Shown: piece after piece, positions 9,448 to 17,814 of the stretch
Position numbering within the stretch: the stretch's first letter is position 1
Layout of the letters: each line of letters starts with the position of its first letter
Assembly: GCA_020444505.1 (NCBI GenBank)
Contig: JAHLKU010000003.1
Location: 21,824-85,823 of the forward strand
Reading direction: 5' to 3'
DNA length: 64,000 nt
From: Actinomycetota bacterium
GTDB lineage: Bacteria > Actinomycetota > Acidimicrobiia > Spongiisociales > UBA11373
Program-made: the position numbers and the translations under genes
The notes under the pieces: generated by a model
Database searches by the model: none
What the model saw: only the letters and a program-made list of their open reading frames with translations
Told to the model about the DNA's origin: nothing

Positions 9448-9915
9448 ATGGATCTGAAGGGAAAGCGCATCGTCGCCATCGGCGAGCGCGAGGGCATCAA
9501 CGGCCCCAGCCTGAAGCTGCTCGCCGAGTCGGCGGGTGCGACGGTGGTCTTCAGCGTCACCCAGTGCTTCGTCTGAACGGCTGGTGGAGCCATGGACCTG
9601 GACGACCAGGCGAACGTGAGTCGCCTGGCCGAGGAGTCCGGGACCGACGACATGCTCGTCGTCCTGGGCCAGCCGGATCCCAACAGTGCGGGCCTCTTCG
9701 CAGAGACCGTCACTCGAGGCGATCCGACCTGGGCAGGTCCGTTGGCCGGAGTCCCGTTGGGGCTCCCCGTGTATCACATCCTCGAAGAGGAGATCAAGGA
9801 GTCGATGGACCCCGACCTGTATCAGGAGCACGTGGGCCTGATGGAGTTGTCGGCGGACGTCGACGAGATCGTGAAGTGGGTCAAGTTCTACCGCGAGGGC
9901 GGCGGCGAGGCCTGA
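9448..9915 (+). CDS. grdA: Glycine/sarcosine/betaine reductase selenoprotein A (Sec at codon 43, UGA 9574-9576); 155 aa
   Basis: AAGGAGG RBS then MDLKGKRIVAIGEREGINGPSL...VVFSVTQCFV-U-TAGGAMDLDDQ...AETVTRGDPTWAGPLAGVPLGLPVYHILE; CxxU motif of GrdA; the ORF track shows only the 3' half. Confidence 0.95.
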
Positions 9916-9931
9916 CAGTCAGGAGACGACG

Positions 9932-11395
9932 ATGTCCCAGGAGATCATGAAGCTCGACATGTTCGTCCACGGCGAGTGGCGCGCCGGATCGACCGGCGAC
10001 GTCGTCGAGGTGATGAACCCGGCCAAGGACGAGGTGCTCGCCACCGTGCCCGACGGCGGCGCCGAGGACCTCGACGCCGCGATGGCGTCGGCGGCCGAGG
10101 GCCTGAAGGTGTGGCGCGCCACCCATCCCCGCACGCGGGCCCAGGTCATCGCCAAGATGGCCGCGACCCTGCAGGAGCGGGCCCAGGAGTACGCCGAGTT
10201 GTACAGCCTCAACTCGGGCGGCTCGATCGGCACCGGGCTGTGGACCATGTACGACGTGGCCGGCCGGCGCTTCGAGTACTACGCCGGGCTCGCCGACAAG
10301 GTCCGGGGCGACACGTTCGTCACCCCCGGCGAGTTCCTCAGCTACACGCTGCGGGAGCCGGTGGGCATCACCGGGCACATCATCCCGTGGAACGGGCCGC
10401 TGTGGATCGGCAGCCGCACCATCGCCCCGGCGCTGGCCGCAGGGAACTCGGTGGTCGTGAAGCCGTCGAGCGAAGCGCCCGTCACCCTGCTCAAGTTCGC
10501 CGAGATGGCCGTGGAGTGCGGCCTGCCGCCCGGGGTGCTCAACGTGGTCACCGGCCGGGGCAGCGGCATGGGCGACCTGTTCACCCGCCACGAGGCCCTC
10601 GACGGCATCTACTTCACCGGGTCCACGTGGACCGGGCGGAAGATCCTCGCGAACACCGCGACCACCAACGTGCGGACGGTGATGGAACTGGGCGGCAAGT
10701 CGCCCAACATCGTGTTCGCCGACGCCGACATGGAGGCTGCCCTCGACGGGGCGATCATGGCGATCTTCGCCAACTCGGGGCAGATCTGCGTGGCCGGGTC
10801 CCGGCTGCTGGTGCAGGCGTCCATCCACGACGAGTTCGTGGAGCGCCTCGCCGCCAAGGCCGCCGAGATCACCATCGGCGGCCCCGAGGCGAACGCCCTC
10901 ATGGGCCCGCTGATCACCTCCGCCCAGCGCGAGAAGGTGCTCGAGTACATCGCCTCCGGCAAGGAGGAGGCCGACCTGGTGACCGGCGGCGGCGTCCCGG
11001 ACGACCCGGCGCTGCAGAAGGGCTACTTCGTGGCGCCGACGATCTTCGACGGCGTGCCCAACACCGCCCGGATCGCCCGCGAGGAGATCTTCGGGCCGGT
11101 GCTCTCCGTCACCTCGTTCGAGGACTTCGACGAGGCGATCACCCTGGCCAACGACACCGAGTACGGCCTGGCGTCGGCGGTGTGGACCGGCGACGTCGCC
11201 ACGGCGCACAACGCAGCACAGGCGCTGGAGGCCGGCCAGGTGTACATCAACCACTACTACACGGCCGCCTTCGAGACGAGCCGGTCGCCGTACAAGGCGA
11301 GCGGCCACGGCATGAGCGAGGGCCCCGACGCCATCTACGAGTACCTCAACCAGAAGGCCGTCAGCGTCAAGCTGGGCGAAGGCGAGGGGTGGTAG
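9932..11395 (+). CDS. NAD(P)-dependent aldehyde dehydrogenase
   Basis: IIPWNGP, KPS, FTGST, ELGGKSP, catalytic Cys in SGQICVAGSR, EEIFGPV. Confidence 0.95.
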   Translation: MSQEIMKLDMFVHGEWRAGSTGDVVEVMNPAKDEVLATVPDGGAEDLDAAMASAAEGLKVWRATHPRTRAQVIAKMAATLQERAQEYAELYSLNSGGSIGTGLWTMYDVAGRRFEYYAGLADKVRGDTFVTPGEFLSYTLREPVGITGHIIPWNGPLWIGSRTIAPALAAGNSVVVKPSSEAPVTLLKFAEMAVECGLPPGVLNVVTGRGSGMGDLFTRHEALDGIYFTGSTWTGRKILANTATTNVRTVMELGGKSPNIVFADADMEAALDGAIMAIFANSGQICVAGSRLLVQASIHDEFVERLAAKAAEITIGGPEANALMGPLITSAQREKVLEYIASGKEEADLVTGGGVPDDPALQKGYFVAPTIFDGVPNTARIAREEIFGPVLSVTSFEDFDEAITLANDTEYGLASAVWTGDVATAHNAAQALEAGQVYINHYYTAAFETSRSPYKASGHGMSEGPDAIYEYLNQKAVSVKLGEGEGW

Positions 11396-11418
11396 CGCAC
11401 CGGGCAGCGGAAGCGTGT

Positions 11419-11439
11419 ATGGTCTGACCATAAGACCAA
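11419..11439 (+). promoter_or_regulatory. Second FadR/LldR-type operator ATGGTCTGACCATAAGACCAA, overlapping a putative -10 (TATGGT)
   Basis: Palindrome ATGGTC-T-GACCAT; 17/20 identity with 5343-5362. Confidence 0.7.
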
Positions 11440-11491
11440 GACGGCCCGCGGTGGCAGGCGCCGCGGCCGACCGAGACGATCTGGAGGCGTT

Positions 11492-12511
11492 GTGAAGGTT
11501 GCAGTGTTCACCGGGGTAGGCAGCGTGGAGATCCGGGAGGAACCGGATCCGGTGGCCGGCCCCCAGCAGGTCGTCATCGAGGTGGCCGCGTGCGGGATCT
11601 GCACGTTCGAGCGGCGCCTCTTCGCGGGCGACAAGCAGTGGTACCCGGTGAACCCGGGTCACGAGGCCTCCGGCACGGTCGTCGCCGTCGGCGAGGCGGT
11701 CGACGGTCTCCCCGGCTCGCCGCAGGTGGGCGACCGGGTCACCTTCGACCTCCTCACCCGCTGCGGCACCTGCAACCAGTGCCGCCGGGGCAAGTCGTCG
11801 CTGTGCCGGATGCGGCAGGGCCGCGTTCTCAGCGACGGCACGGTCTCGTTCGGTGGGTTCGCCGGCAAGGTCGCCATCGACGCCAAGTCGGTGTACCCGA
11901 TCGGCGATGCCCCGTTCACCCACGCCGCCATGGGCGAGCCGATCGCCTGCTGCGTGCACTCCATCCGCCAGGGCGGCCTGCTGCCCCGCGACCGGGTGGC
12001 CATCATCGGCGGCGGCCTGATGGGCCGCCTCCACCTGGCGCTGGCCCGCCTGGAGGGCGCCGGCCCGATCGGCGTCATCGACGTCTCGGAGCAGCGCCTC
12101 GCCGAGGCGACCGCCGCCGGCGCCGACTGGGTGGCCACCCCCGAGACCGCCCTCGAGGTGGGCGGCAAGCAGGACGTGGTCTTCGTCACCGCCATGGCAG
12201 GGGTGGACCTGGCCGTGGAGATGGCCGACCTCGGCGGCACGGTGGTCCTGTACAGCGCATTCGACAAGGACCTGCCGGCCACCGTCGGCGCGGACAAGTC
12301 GCACCGCGAGGAGGTCGCCATCGTCGGGGCCTTCAGCCAGGAGCCCGCCGACTGGCGCACCGGCTCGGCCCACATCCGCAGCGGCGTCATCGCCGACGCC
12401 CTCGATGCGCTGGTCACCGCCGAGTACCCGTTCTCCCAGGTGGAGGACGCCCTCAAGCTGGTGACCTCCGAGCCCACGTACCGCGTGTTCGTCGAGCCCG
12501 AGAGCGAGTGA
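11492..12511 (+). CDS. Zinc-dependent alcohol/polyol dehydrogenase (MDR family)
   Basis: CGIC, GHE, structural-Zn CGTCNQC...C, GGGLMG Rossmann motif; GGAGG RBS. Confidence 0.9.
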   Translation: MKVAVFTGVGSVEIREEPDPVAGPQQVVIEVAACGICTFERRLFAGDKQWYPVNPGHEASGTVVAVGEAVDGLPGSPQVGDRVTFDLLTRCGTCNQCRRGKSSLCRMRQGRVLSDGTVSFGGFAGKVAIDAKSVYPIGDAPFTHAAMGEPIACCVHSIRQGGLLPRDRVAIIGGGLMGRLHLALARLEGAGPIGVIDVSEQRLAEATAAGADWVATPETALEVGGKQDVVFVTAMAGVDLAVEMADLGGTVVLYSAFDKDLPATVGADKSHREEVAIVGAFSQEPADWRTGSAHIRSGVIADALDALVTAEYPFSQVEDALKLVTSEPTYRVFVEPESE

Positions 12512-13824
12512 TGCCGGCAGAGGTCGTCGCCGGCGTCGACGTGGGCAGCAGTGCGGCGCGCGCCGTCGCGATCGATCGCGACGGCGCCGTGGTGGCCTCC
12601 TCCCGGGCCCCGTACCCCGCACACGACGGCAGCCTGGCCGGCGAGGTGGACCCCGCGGTCTGGCTCGCCGGCCTCGTCGCCGCCCTCGACGGGCTCGGTG
12701 CGCGGCCCCTGGCGCTCGGCGCCGGCGGCCACGGCCCCACCACGGTCGCCTCGACCGGCGAGCTGGCGCTGACGTTCCGCCACCCCGCCGGCGCCACCGA
12801 GGGCCCGGTGGGCCAGCACGCCGCCCACCTGCGGGTGTTGCGGGACCGCCTCGGCGACCACGTCGAGCCCCGCCAGATGTGGGACCACCTGCTGGCCCGT
12901 CTCGGTGGGGACCCCTCCACGCAGAGCATGTGGCCGGGTGAGGAGCCCCTGGAAGGCTTCGGGTCGCCGATCCCGGCCGGCACCGCCGTCGGGACCAGCG
13001 CCGGCGACCACGGCGAGCCGGAGGGGATGACCCTGGTGCCCGGCGCCAACGACGCCTACATGACCTCGTGGGCGTCGGCCATCGACACCCCCGGCCGGGC
13101 CTTCGACCCGGGCGGCAAGACCGGCGGGCTCGGCGTGGCGATCCGCGCCGAGGGGGAGCACGCCGAGATCGCCAAGTTCGGCATGCCGAGCCACGTGCCG
13201 GGCGTCGCCATCGTGGGGGGCCCGGTGGCCAGCCACGGGGCGATGATGGACTGGTGGTCGGCCGTCACCGGCCGCCCCGTCGCGGAACTGCTGGACCTGG
13301 CCGCCGACGTCGAGCCCGGCTCGCACGGCGTGATGGTGCTGCCGTTCCTCGAGGGGGAGCGTGCGCCCCGCTGGAACCTGGGCCTGCGGGCCGAGATCAC
13401 CGGCATCGGCGCCGAGACCGGCGTCGGAGTGCTGACCAGGGCGCTGGTGGAGTCCACGGCCTACGGCCTCGCCCACATCGCCCGCGACCTGGCCGGGCAC
13501 GGCATCGCGCTGGAGCGGGTCGTGTCGAGCGGCGGCCCGGCCCGCAGCCCGCTGTGGACGTCGATCAAGGCTGCTGTGCTGGACGTGCCGGTGGATGTGC
13601 CGGACTGCGACGAGATGAGCGCCTACGGGGCGGCTCTGGCCGCCGGGGCGGCGCTGGGATGGTGGCCGCGCCCGGGGGAGGGGGTCCCCGGCGACTGGCC
13701 GATGCCGGAGGTGACCACCTACGAGCCGAAGCCGCTCGAGGTGTATCGCAAGGGATTGGACCGGTTCATCGAACTCGGCGACGAGGCGGTGGCCCGGCTC
13801 GAGAGAAGCCAACCGAACGAGTAA
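12511..13824 (+). CDS. FGGY-family carbohydrate kinase (xylulokinase-like, divergent and shortened)
   Basis: GVDVGSSAAR, LPFLEGERAP, RALVESTAY, SGGPARSPLW..IKA, AYGAALAAG; TGATG coupling with the ADH. Confidence 0.85.
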   Translation: MPAEVVAGVDVGSSAARAVAIDRDGAVVASSRAPYPAHDGSLAGEVDPAVWLAGLVAALDGLGARPLALGAGGHGPTTVASTGELALTFRHPAGATEGPVGQHAAHLRVLRDRLGDHVEPRQMWDHLLARLGGDPSTQSMWPGEEPLEGFGSPIPAGTAVGTSAGDHGEPEGMTLVPGANDAYMTSWASAIDTPGRAFDPGGKTGGLGVAIRAEGEHAEIAKFGMPSHVPGVAIVGGPVASHGAMMDWWSAVTGRPVAELLDLAADVEPGSHGVMVLPFLEGERAPRWNLGLRAEITGIGAETGVGVLTRALVESTAYGLAHIARDLAGHGIALERVVSSGGPARSPLWTSIKAAVLDVPVDVPDCDEMSAYGAALAAGAALGWWPRPGEGVPGDWPMPEVTTYEPKPLEVYRKGLDRFIELGDEAVARLERSQPNE

Positions 13825-13833
13825 GGAGAACGC

Positions 13834-14607
13834 ATGGAATACATGTCCTCGGCCATCGGGGCCGCCAAGACCCGCCGGGCCTCCCGGTTCCTCGAGGAGG
13901 ACGGCCGCGGCTTCCTGGTGGCCATCGACATGCAGTCGGCGTCGGGATCGGGCCCCGACCTGGACGTCGTCGAGAAGATCGCAGCCGGCGGCCCCAACGG
14001 CATCCTGGTGTCCTGGCAGATCGCTCGCCGCTACCCCGAGGCGTTCCGCAACTGCGGCATGATCCTCCGCATCGACGGCACCACCACGATGCTCGGGAAC
14101 TACGGCGCCGGCGACCAGTTCGCCCAGATGTACGAGATCGAGATGGCCGCCCGCATCGGCGCCGACGCCGTGGTCTGCATGGCGTTCCCCGGCGCCGACG
14201 ACGACGTCGTCGGCATGCGCAAGCTGGTCGCCATGGTCAACGAGGCCGAGAAGGTCGGCATGCCGGTGATCGCCGAGTCGATCCCCGGGTCGTGGGCCAA
14301 GACCGTCCCGTGGGACGCCGAGCACATCGCCAAGGCCGCCCGCATCTGCGTCGAGGTGGGCGCCGACGCCATCAAGACGATGATGCCGGAGGACCCCTCG
14401 GAGATCCCCGATGTCATCGCCAACATCGAGGCCCCGGTGTTCTGCCTGGGCGGTCCGAAGAAGGAGACCGAGGACGAGGCGGTCGAGTACGCCCGCACCG
14501 TCGTGGCCGCCGGTGCCAGCGGCATCGCCTTCGGCAGGAACGTGTTCGGGGCCAAGGACCCGACCGCCATGGTGCAGCGCCTGTACGAAGCCGTCCACGG
14601 CGCCTGA
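13834..14607 (+). CDS. DhnA/LsrF-like class I aldolase
   Basis: GADAV, AARICVEVGADAIKT (Schiff-base Lys), LGGPK, GASGIAFGRNVF; AAGGAG RBS. Confidence 0.88.
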   Translation: MEYMSSAIGAAKTRRASRFLEEDGRGFLVAIDMQSASGSGPDLDVVEKIAAGGPNGILVSWQIARRYPEAFRNCGMILRIDGTTTMLGNYGAGDQFAQMYEIEMAARIGADAVVCMAFPGADDDVVGMRKLVAMVNEAEKVGMPVIAESIPGSWAKTVPWDAEHIAKAARICVEVGADAIKTMMPEDPSEIPDVIANIEAPVFCLGGPKKETEDEAVEYARTVVAAGASGIAFGRNVFGAKDPTAMVQRLYEAVHGA

Positions 14608-14618
14608 GGAGGAGCGAC

Positions 14619-15134
14619 ATGGCAGAAGAAGCCTTCACCGAAGCCTGCGTCGAGGTGATGGCGCGCACCGCCTCGGCGGTCGCCATCCTGACGCTGGAGG
14701 ACGGCGACGGCGAGAAGCATGGCATGACGATCACGTCGCTGTCGTCGGTCTCGTCGGAGCCGCCGTCGGTGGTGGTCTGTGTGGGCGAGGGCGCCTCGTC
14801 GCACCGCTGGCTCGTGCCAGGCGCCCGGTTCGGCGTGAGCCTGCTGGGCGCCGGCCAGGTGCCGTACTCCCTGGGGTTCTCCTGGGCGAAGTCCGACGAC
14901 CCGTTCGCCGACTTCCCGTGGGAGCGCGCCGAGGACGGCACGCCCTGGCTCAGCGAGGCCGCCGCCCACATGATCTGTGAGGTGGAGCAGGTGACCCCGT
15001 ACCACGGCAGCGCCGTGGTCATGGCCCGCGTGGTCGGCTGTGGGGTGCACAAGGACGAGACCCTGGTCTACTGGCGACGCAAGTACTTCGACGGCCTCAC
15101 CGAGGCCGAAGGAGGGGTGACCGGCACGTGGTGA
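14619..15134 (+). CDS. Flavin reductase-like (HpaC/DIM6/NTAB) protein
   Basis: VAILT...HGMTITSLSSVSSEPPSVVVCV, FGVSLL, GTPWL; GAGGAGGAG RBS. Confidence 0.85.
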   Translation: MAEEAFTEACVEVMARTASAVAILTLEDGDGEKHGMTITSLSSVSSEPPSVVVCVGEGASSHRWLVPGARFGVSLLGAGQVPYSLGFSWAKSDDPFADFPWERAEDGTPWLSEAAAHMICEVEQVTPYHGSAVVMARVVGCGVHKDETLVYWRRKYFDGLTEAEGGVTGTW

Positions 15135-15616
15135 CCCCGGGCGGAGGCGCGAGGAGCGGGCCGGGCAGGACCCGGCTGACCCACCTCGCCCTCCGCGTCC
15201 ACGACCTGGAGCGCTCGATCGACTGGTACGAGCGGTACACGCCGATGCGCACCCTCAAGCGCTTCTCGGACGCCTACGGCGTGGGTGCCTGGCTGGCCGA
15301 CCCGGCCGACGGCGCGTGTCCGTTCACCATGGCCCTGTCGCAGTTCGACCCGGACAAGGATCCCTTCGCCTACGCCCCGGCTGCGGTGCTGGGACCCTTC
15401 GCCCACCTCGGGTTCGAGGTCGGCAGCCGCGACCAGGTGGATGCCATCGCCGCGATGGCCGAGGCGGAGGGCATCCTCAGCTACCCGGTCACCGAGATGC
15501 CGTATCCCATCGGGACGATCTGCTTCGTGGAGGACCCCGACGGCAACACCGTCGAGTTCTCCTTCGGGCAGGGCACCTATCCGATCTGGGACGAGGAGTG
15601 GGGGAGCGAAGCATGA
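15128..15616 (+). CDS. VOC/glyoxalase family protein
   Basis: LTHLALRVHDLERSIDWY, HLGFEV, FVEDPDGNTVEF (metal-ligand His/Glu pattern). Confidence 0.88.
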   Translation: MVTPGGGARSGPGRTRLTHLALRVHDLERSIDWYERYTPMRTLKRFSDAYGVGAWLADPADGACPFTMALSQFDPDKDPFAYAPAAVLGPFAHLGFEVGSRDQVDAIAAMAEAEGILSYPVTEMPYPIGTICFVEDPDGNTVEFSFGQGTYPIWDEEWGSEA

Positions 15617-16386
15617 GTGCCGACCGCCCCTTCGGGCCCGTGGAACGAGCCACCGTCCCCGAGCAGGTGCGCGACGACATCCACCGCCGCATCATCAGCG
15701 GCGAGATCCCGCCCGGCTCGCCGCTGCCGGCGGAGCGGGTGCTGGCGGAGCAGTTCGCCGTCGCCCGCACCTCGGTGCGGGAGGCCATCCAGGGGCTCAT
15801 CGCCCTCGGCGTCATCGAGCGGCGCGGGAACCGCTCCTACGTCGCCGAGCGCCTCCCCGACGCCGAGCTGCACCGCCCCGACGGCAGCAAGCGCTCATTG
15901 CGCGAGGCCCTGGAGGCGCACCACGTGCTGGAGCGCTCGCTGTTCGAGATGGCGGCCGCCCGGGCCACGATGCGGGAGCGCTCCGAGGCCCTGGCGCTGG
16001 CCCGCCGCCCCGCCCCCGCCGACGTCGGGGAGTTCCTCATCGTCGAGCGCCAGTTCCACGCCGCCATCGCCGGGGCGTGTGACAACCCGGTGCTGGTGGA
16101 GGTGTACGGCCGGATCATGGACGTGCTCATGGGCACCGACGAGGTGGTGGCCCTCGTGCTGGGGGTGGCGCCCGGCGAGGACCCGGCGCCCGCGATAGCC
16201 AAGGCCGCCTCCGAGCACCTGCGCATCGCCGAGGCGTACGTGGACCAGGACCTCACGAGGATGATGGAGGAGTGGGAGCACCACCGCGGGCCTTCGGCCT
16301 GGCGGCAGGCGGGCCGGGTGCGCCGCCCGGCCGGCCCCACCAGGGCGAGGGAGGCCTGGGGGCTCGAGAGGACGGTGGGGTCGTGA
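15613..16386 (+). CDS. GntR/FadR-subfamily transcriptional regulator
   Basis: wHTH LPAERVLAEQFAVARTSVREAIQGL; FCD-like QFHAAIAGACDNPVL...EHLRI. Confidence 0.9.
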   Translation: MSADRPFGPVERATVPEQVRDDIHRRIISGEIPPGSPLPAERVLAEQFAVARTSVREAIQGLIALGVIERRGNRSYVAERLPDAELHRPDGSKRSLREALEAHHVLERSLFEMAAARATMRERSEALALARRPAPADVGEFLIVERQFHAAIAGACDNPVLVEVYGRIMDVLMGTDEVVALVLGVAPGEDPAPAIAKAASEHLRIAEAYVDQDLTRMMEEWEHHRGPSAWRQAGRVRRPAGPTRAREAWGLERTVGS

Positions 16387-16573
16387 CCGGGGAGTGGCGC
16401 ACCCGTGTCCCCACGCCGGACGGCTCCGGATGGCGCCGCCGGGACGAAGACGTTGCCGCGAACGACACGGAATCGAGGAGTACCTGCACACACCCGGGAG
16501 CCCGCACGGCTCCGCCGGTGCCGTCACCGGCGGGCCGGGCTCCCAGAGCAACCGATTGGGAGGAACACCGACC

Positions 16574-17734
16574 ATGAGACGACTTGGTATCAAGTTGGTG
16601 GCGCTCATCGCCGTCCTGGGGCTGATCGCAGCCGCATGCGGCGACGACGACGCCGACACGACGGCCGCGCCGTCGACGACCGAGGCCGCTACGACGACCG
16701 AGGCCGCGACGACGACCGAGGCCGCGACGACGACCGAGGCCGCGACGACGACCGAGGCGATGGCCAACCCCGCCGACTTCAACGGCGACGGCGTGGTCCG
16801 CATCGGTGTGGCCACCGACGGCCCGCGCGACGACGGCGCCTACTACCAGGCGCTGGTGGAGAGGGTCGAGCGGATCTCGGCGGACAACGGCTTCGAAGCG
16901 CCGGTGGTCGTCGACGAGATCGACACGGCCAACTCCCGCGTCGAGCTGGAGAACCTGGCCGCCCAGAACGTGGACATCATCGCCATCGGCTCGGAGGCCG
17001 TGGCGCGGGACAACGAGGATCTCTTCACCACCTACGACGAGATCTTCTGGTACTGCAACTGCGGGTCCGGCTATGCCGACACCCCGGGCCTCCTCCGCAG
17101 CGCCGACAGCGGCGCCGAGCTGAACATCTCGGCCGGCTATGCCGCCGGGCTGCTGCTCCAGGAGCGTGGTGGCGACAGCGTGGCCTTCCTGGGCTGCTGT
17201 GACCTCCCCTTCGAGTTCGAGTCCCTGTGGGGCTTCGAATTCGGCCTGGCGCAGGTGGACCCGACGTTCACCGTCACCTACACGCCGACCGGCCAGTTCC
17301 CGTACGACTTCAACAACGTCGCCGGTGCGACGGAGGCGTACAACAACGCGGTCGCCGAGGGTGCGGATGCGGTCTACCCGTTCCTGGGCGGGGCGCACGA
17401 GCCCATCGTGCAGCTCGCCAATGCGGACGGGCTGATCGTGAACACGGCCGGTTCGTCGCAGGGTTGTGAGCGCGACGACCTCGACTACGACTTCGAGGTC
17501 ATGTTCGACGCCGGCGACTACCTCGAGCCGCTGTTCGAGGAGATCCTGGCCGGGACGGCCGAAGAGGGCACCGCCCGCTACTTCACCGTGGGCATCGACC
17601 CGCAGGTGGGTGCGGTGTTCTGCGACGCCACCCCCGAGCAGGTGCAGATGCTGGCGGACTTCAACGCCCGCATCGGGGCCGGCGACTTCGCCGACAAGAT
17701 CTACGAGATCCTGTCCGAGGCGTACGGCTTCTAG
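16574..17734 (+). CDS. BMP-family ABC transporter substrate-binding lipoprotein
   Basis: Signal peptide plus lipobox LIAAAC, T/A/E linker, GPRDDGAYYQ, AGYAAG, GADAVY motifs; GGGAGG RBS; followed by a Nup-type ATPase and permeases. Confidence 0.85.
   Translation: MRRLGIKLVALIAVLGLIAAACGDDDADTTAAPSTTEAATTTEAATTTEAATTTEAATTTEAMANPADFNGDGVVRIGVATDGPRDDGAYYQALVERVERISADNGFEAPVVVDEIDTANSRVELENLAAQNVDIIAIGSEAVARDNEDLFTTYDEIFWYCNCGSGYADTPGLLRSADSGAELNISAGYAAGLLLQERGGDSVAFLGCCDLPFEFESLWGFEFGLAQVDPTFTVTYTPTGQFPYDFNNVAGATEAYNNAVAEGADAVYPFLGGAHEPIVQLANADGLIVNTAGSSQGCERDDLDYDFEVMFDAGDYLEPLFEEILAGTAEEGTARYFTVGIDPQVGAVFCDATPEQVQMLADFNARIGAGDFADKIYEILSEAYGF
16673..16759 (+). repeat. In-frame 18-bp tandem repeat (~5 copies of ACGACGACCGAGGCCGCG) encoding a (TTTEAA)n linker
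   Basis: Directly visible tandem units within the lipoprotein N-terminus. Confidence 0.9.
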
Positions 17735-17744
17735 CCGCTCGATT

Positions 17745-17780
17745 GCCCGTGGCGGGCGCCTCCGGGCGCCCGCCACGGGC
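17745..17780 (+). terminator. 16-bp perfect intercistronic hairpin with a C(UCCG)G tetraloop after the SBP gene
   Basis: GCCCGTGGCGGGCGCC-TCCG-GGCGCCCGCCACGGGC; no U-tract, so an mRNA stabiliser or partial terminator. Confidence 0.75.
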
Positions 17781-17814
17781 CCGACCGACACCCGAGGGAG
17801 GAGCCACGACGACC

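Noticed and set aside
9592..9915. 107-aa ORF as a stand-alone gene
   Set aside because: It is the 3' part of grdA downstream of the CFVU codon; the real start with an RBS is at 9448
16387..16573. Possible riboswitch upstream of the BMP gene
   Set aside because: A GC-rich stem (GGGAGCCC...GGGCTCCC) is present but I recognise no aptamer consensus; an Rfam scan would be needed
16673..16759. Tandem repeats as a CRISPR array
   Set aside because: 18-bp units without spacers, in frame in a lipoprotein linker; no cas genes
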